DNA of 64,000 bases, taken from a virus. Lineage: Duplodnaviria > Caudoviricetes. Shown here piece after piece: positions 43,580 to 54,950 of this stretch. Where the stretch lies: IMG/VR virus record IMGVR_UViG_2595698832_000001, positions 96,001 to 160,000 of that record; one strand, written 5' to 3'. The notes below the pieces were generated by a model. It was not told the origin of the DNA, did no database searches, and saw only the letters and a list, made by a program, of their open reading frames with translations. Position 1 is the stretch's first letter. Every line of letters starts with the position of its first letter. The position numbers and the translations under genes were made by a program.

Positions 43580-44601
43580 CTAAAAATTAAAGAATGATTT
43601 TCTAAATGTATTAACATCTTTTATTTTAGAACCTTTGAATAGGTTTAAACTCACAACCTGCTTTAAGAACTTGAGGCTCAATACCATCACAAATATAAAA
43701 ATACTTACAAGTTCTACAAGCATCACATTTCCTATAACTTTTTTTGTCTATTAGATGCAGCTTGTTTTGCTAAATTTACTAAATTAGGTTCTAAGTATTC
43801 ATACATAGCAATATTCCAATCGTAAATATCATAGATGTGCTGATAATATCCTACAACGTATTTCTCATACCCAGTCATATAACAAAACGGGACATATCGG
43901 ACATTGATCAAAGGTATACTTGATGAATCTATAAATCTTTTTATAGGTTCTAAAATCTCAGAATAATTAACACCTTTTGATTTTGAATTCTGACTAAAAT
44001 AATTCAATGGTAGAAAATTCATTTCAAGTGGTTCTAATTTTTCAACAACTTCGAAATATTCAGTATCAACTAATTTATAATTTACATCAGTAATAGTTGA
44101 ATTTAATCTAACAACAATATCAAGATCCTTTGCATTATGAATAGCTTTAATTATATAATTATAAGAATTTTTTATCCCAGTTATTTTATCGTGAGTTTCA
44201 TTAACACTATGTAATGAAAATAATATTTCAGATAACCCAAGATCTTTTGCTTTTTTAAGAAAATCTTTATTCTGAAATTTAGATCCATTTGTCAAACAAG
44301 ATATTTTATTATCTGGATTCAAAGATTTAATATATTCTAGGATTTTAAAGAAATCTGGGTGTATGGAAGATTCACCTCCACTTAAATCAAAATCTCTACA
44401 ACCTATACTATACAAAGTATCTATTCTTTTTTTAATGACTTCAAATGGTGTCTTTTTATCTAACTCATTTTGGTAATAGCAAAAATAACAACGATAGTTG
44501 CAGTATGTGCCAGTGTCTAGTTTTGCTCTAGGACATATAGTGTCATTAGGTAAGTAAGCGCCTGCTGAACTTAGAGTTTGGATAACATCACTATGCATCA
44601 C
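43580..44601 (-). CDS. Radical SAM protein; frameshift near 43740
   Basis: CNYRCYFC, SGGE, TNG, PFC; the shifted tail reads CDACRTCKYFYICDG. Confidence 0.82.
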
Positions 44602-44622
44602 GAACCTTGGTAAGGTCTTTTA

Positions 44623-44808
44623 TCAAAGACCAGAGATAAGATTATGTTTAAGTAAGTAATCTGCTAATGGCTTCAGGTCACCTGGATTTTGAATATCAAC
44701 TGTACAAGGCACAAATTTATTAGTATCATTCCAACGAACTAAACAATCATACACAGATTTTCCCTGGAAAACTCTTGTAACTTTTTTAACTTCAGAAACT
44801 TTATTCAT
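44623..44808 (-). CDS. Hypothetical protein
   Basis: 61-aa ORF with AAAGGA RBS. Confidence 0.6.
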   Translation of the reverse strand: MNKVSEVKKVTRVFQGKSVYDCLVRWNDTNKFVPCTVDIQNPGDLKPLADYLLKHNLISGL

Positions 44809-44832
44809 TTAATATCCTTTTATTTTAAGCTT

Positions 44833-45384
44833 TTAAGTCTTAGGCTCGAATGGTATCAAAGCACCAATAACTTCTGGATTTCTGTCTATACAACAATTAA
44901 TTCTTTCAATACCATCTTTAGAATCCACTATCCAATTATTGTGAGTATGGCCGTGATATATTTTTTTAATACCAGTTAAATCATATGATTTTAAAAACTC
45001 TGGAGCTTCTTTAGGTATTACTGATTTTGAATCTAACGGATAATGACAAAACAAAGTATCTTTATATCTAATGATATCAGAAACTGCACTAAATCCAATA
45101 TATAAAATACTTTCAGTATCTAACCACTTGTCGTGGTTACCTCTTACAAAAATTTTTTTGCTTGGTAATGAACTAATAAAGTGTCTTAAGAATTCTATAT
45201 TTTTATTAGGACCACAATCTAAATCTCCTAAAAACATTAAAATATCAGAATCTTTTAAAACAGATTTAAAATACTTATGAACTTCTTTTGAATATTCTAA
45301 AGCATCATCAATATACCTACCAGTATATTTTATAATATTTTGATGAGATATATGTAAATCACTTGTAATATAAATCATTATCAC
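44833..45384 (-). CDS. Calcineurin-like metallophosphoesterase
   Basis: SDLH, LGD, GNHD, HYP, HGHTH. Confidence 0.88.
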   Translation of the reverse strand: MIMIYITSDLHISHQNIIKYTGRYIDDALEYSKEVHKYFKSVLKDSDILMFLGDLDCGPNKNIEFLRHFISSLPSKKIFVRGNHDKWLDTESILYIGFSAVSDIIRYKDTLFCHYPLDSKSVIPKEAPEFLKSYDLTGIKKIYHGHTHNNWIVDSKDGIERINCCIDRNPEVIGALIPFEPKT

Positions 45385-45412
45385 CTTTTAGTTTATTTAT
45401 GAATCTGTGATT

Positions 45413-45838
45413 TTATGCATTTAAGATTTTATATATTTTTAATACTGTATGTGATTTTCGAGTATGTGATTCATTCGAAGTATTCGCACACTCAATGCAA
45501 TTCAAACAATCTATAGAAGCTCGACATCTCTTGCAATCCACACATTCGTGACAATCCAAACAATAAACGCATTTATGGCATTTAAAGCAACCTTGGCATT
45601 TATAACAATCAATACAATCAATACAAGATTTACAATCAATACAATCTTTAGAAACGCGGCATTTATAACAATCAATACAATCAATACATTTATAACAATC
45701 AATACAATTGAAACAATTTAAACAATCTTTACAAACTACTAAAGACTCAGAAGCTTCTTTCGCTTGTTCTTCAGTATACGTAGAAGAATCCCATTTATTG
45801 TTATTAGAATCTGTGTAATAGCCATCTATTAATTGCAT
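45413..45838 (-). CDS. Cys-rich (CxxC)n repeat protein, paralog 3
   Basis: MQLIDGYYTDSNNNKWDS leader and Cys ladder. Confidence 0.85.
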   Translation of the reverse strand: MQLIDGYYTDSNNNKWDSSTYTEEQAKEASESLVVCKDCLNCFNCIDCYKCIDCIDCYKCRVSKDCIDCKSCIDCIDCYKCQGCFKCHKCVYCLDCHECVDCKRCRASIDCLNCIECANTSNESHTRKSHTVLKIYKILNA

Positions 45839-45901
45839 TTTAACTCCTTTTTATGTTTGATTTTTTAATTATAATATATTTGGACTAATTTTAAACTTAA
45901 A

Positions 45902-48177
45902 CTAAAGCTCGGAATCTTTCGAATCCTGTATTTTAATATTCATTAATTTCAAAATATCACCACCTATTTTTCTTAATTCAATAGGTATCTTACTGAAATT
46001 AAAACTTAATAAAATATCAAAAGATTTTTTATAGTCACATAAAGTCATATTGTTAAAAACGTCTACTTTTAGACAAGCTTTACCAATATGGCTTAATTCT
46101 TGATAATCTTTGCCAGGTGGTACGTGAAAATGATATAAAAGATTTTTAACAGTTCCCCTCTTATATTCAACATCTCTGTCTTTAGAATCATCAGTATGCT
46201 CCTTAGGTCTTTTTTTCTACAGTAGTTTTTAATAAATCATAATTAATACAAGCATTATATTTTTTGTTCATAACATAGTAAATTATCTTTTTGGAAAATC
46301 TTGCTCTGCCTAACATTTGTAAAGAACTAATAACGTCTGTAGAACTCGCACTATCATAATGAAAATGTATATCAACATCATTCAGAATGTTGACTCCCAC
46401 AGTTAACACTGGAGTGTAAATAAAGACATCACAATCTAGTGCTTCTTTAGACCTAATTTTATCATATATAATATTTTTTGATATTGAGCTAGTTTCTTTA
46501 TTAAAAATAATTATTTTTTTATTTAGTATATAACACATTTCTTTAATAATATCAACAACTTTTATACTAGTTGTAGAAATAGTTATTTTTTTATTAGAAT
46601 CTAAAGCATTTTTAATTAATGTATAAAAGGTATTGCTGTCATTGCAACTATAAAGTTCTGTATTATTTTTTGTATAGCTAACAACATTTAAAGGTTTAGT
46701 AAACATATTGTCCACAATGTATTTACTTAAAAATGCATCAGCTACAACAACTTTTTTATTTAAAGCAGTATAGAATTTTATTAAGTTCTCTGTTTTACTA
46801 TTCAATGCAGATCTTGTATGCATTAATAAACTCATAAACTCATCGAGTATAATTAGGTCGTAGTCATCTAAATCAAAATGTCTAAAACTGTCGTATTGAC
46901 AAATTAAGGATTTACCTTTTGATCTAACTATTTTTGGTTTTTTGGTTTTTGTGACAAAACTAGTATTAGCATTATTTAAATTACTAACGTTGTCAACATT
47001 ACTATAACTTTCAATAAGTCTGATAGCTTCTTCACCACTTATGTTGTTAGAATTCTTAGAATCCTTGGCTTTAATAGCATCAGTATAATCTTTATAATAT
47101 AAAAACTTCTTATATTTTCTTTTGTAATCTTCTGCTAACGTAACTCTATTGGTTATAATTGCAACCTTAAAATCTCTCTCTAGTGCTGCTTCTATAATTC
47201 TATCTATAAAAGTTGTTTTACCCGAACCCATAGGAGCTCTCAAAGTCAGAGCACCATTATGTTTAAACAAAAAAAGCTTCTACAATTGAATCTAATTCAG
47301 ACTTAATTTCTGTAAAGTTTCTATCAACTACAATATCTGCTTTATAATCTATATAAGGAGTTATATCAAAAGTAGGTTCATATTTTATAGCTTCTTTCCA
47401 AATATTTACTGACATATAACTTTCAGTATGATTCATAATATATGGATTATTTGGGTACCAAATATAATTTTCAGAATCTTTTGTGTATTTTATAGAACCA
47501 TTAGCATTGATATCTACTAAGATAAAACCCAGGTTCTTAAAAATTGTTTTGCATATTTCAGTAGTTTCTTTAGAGGTAATATTAAATTTACAATCTAAAT
47601 CTATGTTATTATAGTAATCTGTAACATTCGTACCTATAGGCATTAACATAGAACCGTTTGGGTTATCCAAGAGTATATTATCTTTATTCAAAGGCGCTGT
47701 ATAATAAGTTATTCTTAATGTATCAGTAGTATATTTACCATACTCAGAAAGTTCTTTTTGAATTTTAGCTTGCAAAACTTTTAGTTCTTTTAAGCTCATT
47801 GGAGCTGTTTTAATAATACCTTTTAAATTAAAATTATTAACACCATCATAAGATCTGGATTGACCGATAGTGCATTGCGTGCTCTTAAAATAGTCTAATG
47901 CCATATTTTTATTAAACTCTGATTTGCATTCAAAATCAAATAATAAATGATCAAATGTTTTAATTATATGAGGTTCTAAATCTGTTTTTAATCTTCTGGA
48001 TTTGCCAGGTCCTTTTAAGTCTAAGGTAATATTTAAACAAAAATTATTAACAAGTAGTTGAAATGCTTGGTAAGTCGTTTGGACTTCAATTGTTTCAAAA
48101 ATAAAAGAATTGTCATCGTATGGTGACTTAGCAAACTTTTCATTTTTACTTGCAGTTCCAAAGATTGTTATTTTCAT
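45902..48177 (-). CDS. Origin-binding-protein-like SF2 helicase with large N-terminal domain; frameshifts near 47272 and 46215
   Basis: RAPMGSGKTT, TNRVTLA, IILDEFMS, ADAFLS, YTPVLTVGVN, QMLGRAR; ORFs join across homopolymers to TAG at 45902. Confidence 0.7.
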
Positions 48178-48313
48178 ATTTTATTACCTTAGGTGTTATA
48201 TATGATTATAATATAGCTGAACTAAAAAGATTCTTAAAGCCTAAAGATCTTAGCTAAGATCTTTAGACTCAATTTCATTATTAGTAGTGGTTTTAGTGGT
48301 TTTAGCCTTCGGC

Positions 48314-49114
48314 TTAGATTCTACAGCTTTTTTTAGTAGTTTTAGTAGTGCTGGCTTTCTTAGCATCTTTTTTAGCTTGTTCTAACTCAATTTCAGCCCT
48401 TTGTAAATCAATAGAATCAAGGTCACCTTCTTTAATAATATATTCAAGAAACTCTATTCTATAATCTAAATTATCTATGTACTCACAATAAGCATCTGCT
48501 TTCATACTTAAACCAAAAACATTAATATGAGTAGCAATACCACGTTTACACATTTCATAAGCATCGAACCAAAACTCAACACCATCTATTAATAATTCAA
48601 TTTCTTTCTTGGTAAGATATGGATTTAATAATGACTTCATATATTCATTCCAATACTTATTAGAAAAATCAAATTGCGTTTTAACATCCGAATGTTTACC
48701 AGAAACTCCAAAACTTACTGAATGGAACATAATACTTGAGTTCTCATAAATTACACGTGAGTTACCAATTAAGAACATCATAGCACCACAAGAATATCCA
48801 AATGGGTTTAATACTGTTGTTACATTACCATAGAACTTTGTTCTAATTATATTTGTAAATCTATTAAGTTCATCAGCAAAACCACCCACACTGGCTATAA
48901 AGATTTGTATAGAATCACCTTCATTAGCGTCATTAAGATCAGCAAAAATATTTTCTAATTCACCTTCTTCGTGATCAAATGAATTGATATTTAAAGTATA
49001 ATTAGTATAATTAAAACTTTTTTTGTACAACGAATGCCTTGTATCTTTTGTAGATATAATATCCAATTCAGAATCCTCCATTTTTGTTTTATTGTTTGCA
49101 GCTTCATATCTCAT
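48314..49114 (-). CDS. ClpP-like protease
   Basis: IFIASVGG, YSCGAMMF (Ser), IMFHS (His), WFDAYE. Confidence 0.72.
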   Translation of the reverse strand: MRYEAANNKTKMEDSELDIISTKDTRHSLYKKSFNYTNYTLNINSFDHEEGELENIFADLNDANEGDSIQIFIASVGGFADELNRFTNIIRTKFYGNVTTVLNPFGYSCGAMMFLIGNSRVIYENSSIMFHSVSFGVSGKHSDVKTQFDFSNKYWNEYMKSLLNPYLTKKEIELLIDGVEFWFDAYEMCKRGIATHINVFGLSMKADAYCEYIDNLDYRIEFLEYIIKEGDLDSIDLQRAEIELEQAKKDAKKASTTKTTKKSCRI

Positions 49115-49125
49115 TTTAACTCCTC

Positions 49126-50456
49126 TTAAGCTTTAGTTAATATGTTCTTAATAGAATCTAAAGATTCGACATAATTTTTAAATGTATCCAGATTTTTTTA
49201 ATGTTTCAAATTTAGCTTTGATTTCTTTAGCATTTTGTACTAATTTTTCAAAAGTTTCGTTTGTAAACGAATGTATTGGTAACTTAAGCAAATAATCATA
49301 ACTATTCTCAAACTTAATAAACCCTTTACTTTCAAGATCCAATTCAATATCCTTTTTAGATCTTTTCATAATTTGTAACTCTGAATCAATGATTAATTTA
49401 ACAAATCTTAATTTTTGAATATTAATATTTAAATCATTTTCAAGAACTTTTAAATCAAAATCTTTTTGTTTAACCAAAAATCTTTTTCTAACATCTATGT
49501 AATAATCAATTATAGATTCAATATTTTCAAAAGTTCTGACTTGATTATTTTCATCCAAAGCATTATATATTTCTGTTTCTCTTTTAGATAATTTTAATAT
49601 ATCGATAGCTTTCTCTTTAGAGATATTATCGAAAAATATAACTTCGAATTTAAATTCTTGGTTTCTTTGGTCTGAAAAGTCTTTATAATTTTTTAATCTT
49701 TTTAGTCTCTACAAGATTATCTAATATTTCGAGATATTTTGTATACTCGATAAATGGTGGTATTTCTGTTATAATTGCTTTATTTTTATTGACTTCAACA
49801 ACACCTATAAAGTTCCATTGTGTATTATTAGAACTGGTATCTTCTACTAATTCAACAGTCCCTTTAAAACCTGCAATATACGGCTTTAAATCAACTTTAT
49901 TACCTGTCTTAATATATTTTATTACTGAATCCAAAGATCTTGGTAAAATATTCTGTTTAAAACCACTAGCAAGACCATTCATTGAACCATTTAAAACTAG
50001 TATAGGCAAACTTGGAACATAAAATACTGGTTCTATTTCTGAACCTTCAAAATTCTGAGAAATCAAGACATCTTTAATATCAAATAAATCATTAATATAT
50101 TTTTTATTTTTAACATAAACATATCTTGGTGCTGCTGGCTCATTAATAAACCTCGAACCAAAATTACCTTTACCTTCAAGCAATGGAATATTATTAGAAC
50201 CAGTATAGCTTGCAGCCATATTTTGAATAACACCTGAACACGAACCGTGCAAGTATTGTGTATAACTTTGAACCATATTATCAAATATACTAACTTTAGT
50301 TTCTGTATTTAATTTTTTGTCTAATGCTGTGTTAATGATTTTTCTGCTTGAATTTTTTAAACCATCAATAGAACTAGCTATCATTCTTAAAGTACTATAA
50401 CAAGAATAATTAGTTAATTCATTTAGAAAATAATCTTGAACACTTTTGTGAACCAT
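49126..50456 (-). CDS. gp52: Type II topoisomerase medium subunit (gp52/GyrA-like); frameshifts near 49692 and 49195
   Basis: IDGLK..RK, YLHG, GNFGSR, AAPRY catalytic Tyr, ITEIP. Confidence 0.9.
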
Positions 50457-50517
50457 ATATCTCCTTTTAAACTTTAGTGTATTATAATATAAAATATCTT
50501 AAAATATTATTAAACTT

Positions 50518-51250
50518 TTAGATTGATGAATTAATAATTGAACAAATTCTTCCTAATAAATTAGAATCATTATTAATTCTTTCTTGGATTCTATTTTCAT
50601 CTTTAATAATATAACCTTCTTTTTTAGTCGTCTTTGGCTGCTTGTTTAACTGCTTTAATAACTAACCTAGTCTGAACACCTTTTGCTTGATATTCTAATG
50701 TATTAAGTTTAAAACGACGTTTAAGATCTTTTAATTCTTCTTCATAACTTAATATAATATCAATATATTCAGTTTCTAATTTATAAACATTATTTTCAGA
50801 ATCGTCAACATCTGGTACCCTTTTGATAGTTCCCTTGATATCTGGGACTTCGTAACCACTTGGTTTTGATTCTTGTGTTTGATTTGTATGTTCACTAGGT
50901 GCTTCTGGTATTAAACTTGGTGCTTCTTCTAAATGCATTGTATCCACTAAATCAGGAACTTCAATATCTGATTCATTTTTAATATTTCTGAGATCTATAT
51001 ATTCCTTAAAAGCTTCTGAATCTGAGCTAGCTACCATATTTTTGTTATTATTGCTGGTATTACTAACACCTGATTCGATGCTGTTAAGAACATCACCAAA
51101 ATCATTTAAATCTGCATTTTGCCCGTTTACTCCATTAACTTCTATGTTGCTTGCAGGTTTAACAACTAATGGTTCTTGATATTCTATTTCAGGTTTCTTA
51201 ACAGGTTCTATTGACAAGCTTGCTAACAAATCATCAAATTCATCTCTCAT
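50518..51250 (-). CDS. Acidic protein with helical C-terminus (possibly DsbA/GapR-like DNA-binding)
   Basis: YEEELKDLK...AKGV..RLV.KAVK; frameshift near 50625. Confidence 0.4.
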
Positions 51251-51260
51251 TTTTACCTCC

Positions 51261-51690
51261 TTATTTTGAAATATTTGTAATAGCTTCTAAGATTTGTTCA
51301 TAAGTAGAATCTAAATCTTCAGGTTTGGTTCTAATATACATATATTCGGGTGCAAATGCAAAAGATTCGACATTATGTCTTAATACACTATGACTAAAAC
51401 CAATTACCACTTTTGGGTAATTTGCGTAATCTTTTTTAATAAAGCTTACAAAATCTGTGTTAATATATATTAATCTATCAATACCACGAACTGCTATGTA
51501 ATTTTTCTTTGAAGTATTTAGAATTTTGATAGTTTATATTACTATTATCTACATAATAATAACCACTCATTGCTCCTTTTTTATCTGTGAAAGTATAACA
51601 CATATTGAAAACTTGTTTGTCTTTCAAAACATTAATATTACAAACTGCTGATAATTTAACAGTTGTATTTTCGTTAACTTGTATTAACAT
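51261..51690 (-). CDS. Hypothetical protein; frameshift near 51505
   Basis: AGGAG RBS; the shifted frame runs to TAA at 51261. Confidence 0.5.
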
Positions 51691-51784
51691 TGTATCTCCT
51701 TTTAAAATTAATTCTAAGTTTAAACCTAAAGTACATATTTAACACTATAGCAGCAAGTTTAGATCTAAGTTTAAAATTAATCTA

Positions 51785-51885
51785 AGCCGTAAAAAAAGGT
51801 TTGAGCTACTAGGAAGCTCTTAGGTCTACAATACCCTTATTGTATTTACCGTCACCGTGACTATCAATCCCCTTTTAAACAGCTA
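51785..51885 (-). ncRNA. Putative ~100-nt structured small RNA (four-way junction)
   Basis: Promoter at 51912-51892; terminal stems AGCUGU/ACGGCU and AAAAGG/CCUUUU enclose three hairpins; no ORF. Confidence 0.65.
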
Positions 51886-51999
51886 TGTAGAATTATAATA
51901 TATTTGAACTTAATTCTTGCTGAAATTTTAGAACTTTAGTTTAAAATTAAAATATAATATTTTATAATATTTTATAATATTTTATAGTAGTTTAGTTGG

Positions 52000-53418
52000 T
52001 TATATATTGTAAGTAAATCTTTTTATTTCATAACCTTCAGGTTCATAAGATTTTGTTATTCTAGCATTTATTTGTTTCTTAAAAAAACCATTGTGATCAG
52101 CAATATCATATATATTAACAATATCTTTAGAATCGTGAAGTCTTAATAATCTACCAATACTTTGAGTTATTGTGACATAACTTTTGAGTGGACTAGCAAG
52201 CACTAAATTATGTAAATTCTTAATATTTACTCCGGTTGAAGTTGTCGCATAATTAGCAACTACGATAGCATTGTTTACTGAATCTATTAATTGTCTAATA
52301 GTTTCCCTTTGTGAACCTTCTATCATTCCGTTAATAAAAAATACATTATTTCTTTGTTGAAACGCCAAATCTTTATAAGTCTTTTTATCGTAGTTTAATC
52401 CTCTGGATTTCAAGAACTTATAAAATAAAGTTAGACCGTGTTCAGTATGAGAAAATAATACTAAAGTGTTACCTTTGCTGACTACAGTATCGCCTATTCT
52501 TTGAATTAAATTATTTCTTGGGTCGTATTCTTTTAATTGTTTCAATTGGCTTGAATATTCACCTTCAAAATTAAATTTATATTTAAGATCTATTATATTA
52601 ATAATAGCATTTGTAGCCAGACCTCTATCTATTAAACCTCTGGGTGTAATATATGTTCTTGGTAAACCAAAAATACTTATTAATCTCATAGCATCTATTT
52701 CATTATCTGGAATAGTCCCTGTCAAACCTATCTTATACTTAGCATTAATACACTTATTGCAAATATCAAATATTTGATCTGCTTTGGCTGTATGTGCTTC
52801 ATCTACAATAATAAAATCTAAATCATTTAAGGCTTCTTTAAAGTTTTTAACAGATTGCCAAGTACTAATTGTTAATGGTTTATCAAAAGATTTAATATTA
52901 TTTTCACCACCTATTAATCTTGTTTCTATATCCAATTTATAATTTATTAAATCATTATTAAATTGATTTGTTAGTGAAATGTTAGGAACAAGTATCAAAC
53001 CTTTTAATTTTTTTAATATTAGAATCTTAGCAATTAATCCAATAATGACGCTTTTACCAGCACCTGTGGCTGCTCTAATGAATAACTTATGAAATTGCAT
53101 AGCATCTTTTATAGCTTGTTTTTGATAATCATAAACTGGAAATGGTTCTAAATGTTTTATAATTATTTCCAATTGCGAATCTAATTTTTCATTAATTTCT
53201 GGTTTAGTTGTTATACCCAGGTATTCTAAAACACCGTTTGGTACAATTTGTTGGTTGTTGAAATCTTTATAGAAGTATTCATAAGCTAATTTTGGATTCA
53301 TTTGAGCCCATATATTATAACGAATATCTTTCTTAAATATTAATTTAGCTTTTTGGTCATCAGTTAAAGATATTAAACTAAATGATTCGTTTAATTTTTT
53401 AAAATTATTTTTTAACAT
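52000..53418 (-). CDS. uvsW: UvsW-like SF2 helicase
   Basis: YDYQ, ATGAGKS, VPNISL, STWQS, DEAH, GLTGT, QSIGRLLR. Confidence 0.88.
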   Translation of the reverse strand: MLKNNFKKLNESFSLISLTDDQKAKLIFKKDIRYNIWAQMNPKLAYEYFYKDFNNQQIVPNGVLEYLGITTKPEINEKLDSQLEIIIKHLEPFPVYDYQKQAIKDAMQFHKLFIRAATGAGKSVIIGLIAKILILKKLKGLILVPNISLTNQFNNDLINYKLDIETRLIGGENNIKSFDKPLTISTWQSVKNFKEALNDLDFIIVDEAHTAKADQIFDICNKCINAKYKIGLTGTIPDNEIDAMRLISIFGLPRTYITPRGLIDRGLATNAIINIIDLKYKFNFEGEYSSQLKQLKEYDPRNNLIQRIGDTVVSKGNTLVLFSHTEHGLTLFYKFLKSRGLNYDKKTYKDLAFQQRNNVFFINGMIEGSQRETIRQLIDSVNNAIVVANYATTSTGVNIKNLHNLVLASPLKSYVTITQSIGRLLRLHDSKDIVNIYDIADHNGFFKKQINARITKSYEPEGYEIKRFTYNI

Positions 53419-54104
53419 TTAGGTTTACCTTTAAAATCTGGACATAATCCTGCATAAGGACACCAAGGACATAATTTATTTGGTTTGCTATTCCAAGTAT
53501 TAGATTCAATAGAATTTTCAATAGATTTTATTTGATTATTAAGATTATCTTGCCAATAAATTGCAGAATCTTGAGACAAACTTAAAGTATTTTCTAAAAG
53601 ATGTTCAACATAAACATATCTTATTTTTATTTCATTTAGTTTAAGTCTTTTAAATATATATAAACTATATAAAATTAATTGTGTAAAATCTTGATAAGAT
53701 GGTTCTTTATATTTACCTGTTTTATAATCTATAAGCTCTAATCCATTTTCAGTCGTATTAATTCTATCAATATAGCCTACAAAAATAGCAGTATCTTTGC
53801 TACAAGGTTCATAATTAGAATCTAAGAATAATTCGTATTCCCTTAAAGATTTTCTGGATAGTATTTCTTTTCCTAATTCAGAATCAATAAATCTTAATGC
53901 AATATTTTGTATTTCTGGATCTTTTGAATTAAGAACTTCATTGTATTTTTCAGTGTTATGAAACTCAAGTATTTCGTGTATATCAGAACCTTTTTTTAAT
54001 GCTGGGTTCTTTTGAGTTTCTGGAACCTTTTCAATATATCTATAATAATATTGTTTTGGGCATTTTTTATATGTATCTATTTTCGAAAAACTATATCTTG
54101 TCAT
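53412..54104 (-). CDS. Cas4/RecB-like PD-(D/E)xK exonuclease with four Cys
   Basis: SFS...CP..YY, G..IH, GYIDR, IDYKTG, QL.LY, CPWCPY..LC. Confidence 0.82.
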   Translation of the reverse strand: MTRYSFSKIDTYKKCPKQYYYRYIEKVPETQKNPALKKGSDIHEILEFHNTEKYNEVLNSKDPEIQNIALRFIDSELGKEILSRKSLREYELFLDSNYEPCSKDTAIFVGYIDRINTTENGLELIDYKTGKYKEPSYQDFTQLILYSLYIFKRLKLNEIKIRYVYVEHLLENTLSLSQDSAIYWQDNLNNQIKSIENSIESNTWNSKPNKLCPWCPYAGLCPDFKGKPKC

Positions 54105-54385
54105 TTAGAACCTTTGTTTACATTTTACTAGTTATATAATAAACACCTTTAATATAAGGCTTGTGAGAATCCCATTCAAACAAGCAATTATCAGATTTAA
54201 TTAGAACTTTAATTTTAGATTCTTTATGTAGATCTTTCAGAACTTGTATCAAGAAATCGGCATCAACACCTTCATCTACGAACATTTTATGAAGAATTTC
54301 TTCTTCTATATTAGTTACTTTTAAGATTTTTTAGAACTTGTTTTTTAATAAAGCTTTTTGAATCCATTTTTACTCCTTTAAATAA

Positions 54386-54793
54386 TCAAAAACAAATGAA
54401 GTAATTCTTTGAAACTTGAATTGAATTTAAGCTAGCAACCTTACTTGATTCTAATTCAGTAGCTTTTAATAATTTTAAAATACTAGGGTCAAATGCAAAA
54501 AAATCTTTTTGAATTGTTCGATTTCTATGTGTTTTAAAATCATAACTTGTTTTATAACCAATATTATATTTTTCACAATATGCAACATTAATTTTAAAAT
54601 TTTTAATCATATAATTCAATGGTAATTTATTACTCCAATCTATTCTGGGTTCATTAAAAATAATTTTCATATTCTTAGTTAAATTAGGAAAGTCTCTGTG
54701 AACAAACACACAATTACCTATTCTTACTAAATGTTTATTAGTAACAGACTCTGGAAATTCTGTATACCATTTTGAAATATTAGTCATACTTAC
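54386..54793 (-). CDS. 3' part of an HTH protein gene interrupted by the TnpB element
   Basis: Begins VSMTNISKWY, which completes an HTH with the 56278-56334 fragment. Confidence 0.6.
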   Translation of the reverse strand, partial: VSMTNISKWYTEFPESVTNKHLVRIGNCVFVHRDFPNLTKNMKIIFNEPRIDWSNKLPLNYMIKNFKINVAYCEKYNIGYKTSYDFKTHRNRTIQKDFFAFDPSILKLLKATELESSKVASLNSIQVSKNYFICF

Positions 54794-54950
54794 CAACTAA
54801 ACCATTATAAAATATTATAAAGAACTATAAAATTCTTTACATTTTTAATAGTTTTTCTTGCTTCATAGTTCTTCTCAGACTTTATCTGAGTTTTCTTAGA
54901 ACTCCACAAGCTTTGATTTTTTAAAGTGGTTCCAGCTGTTGTATCCGTAG
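54794..54950 (-). ncRNA. Putative TnpB omegaRNA scaffold
   Basis: GCTTGTGGAG (54911-54902) and GAAGCAAGAA (54864-54855) flank the hairpin CTCAGA-TAAAG-TCTGAG, as is typical of tnpB 3' ends; limits approximate. Confidence 0.55.

Noticed and set aside
51785-51885. tRNA gene
   Set aside because: Cloverleaf-like, but no TTCRA loop, D-loop GG or CCA, and the arm sizes are wrong.
54159-54185. Hairpin GCTTGT...ACAAGC as ncRNA or element end
   Set aside because: Lies inside a probable small frameshifted CDS (about 54368-54118).
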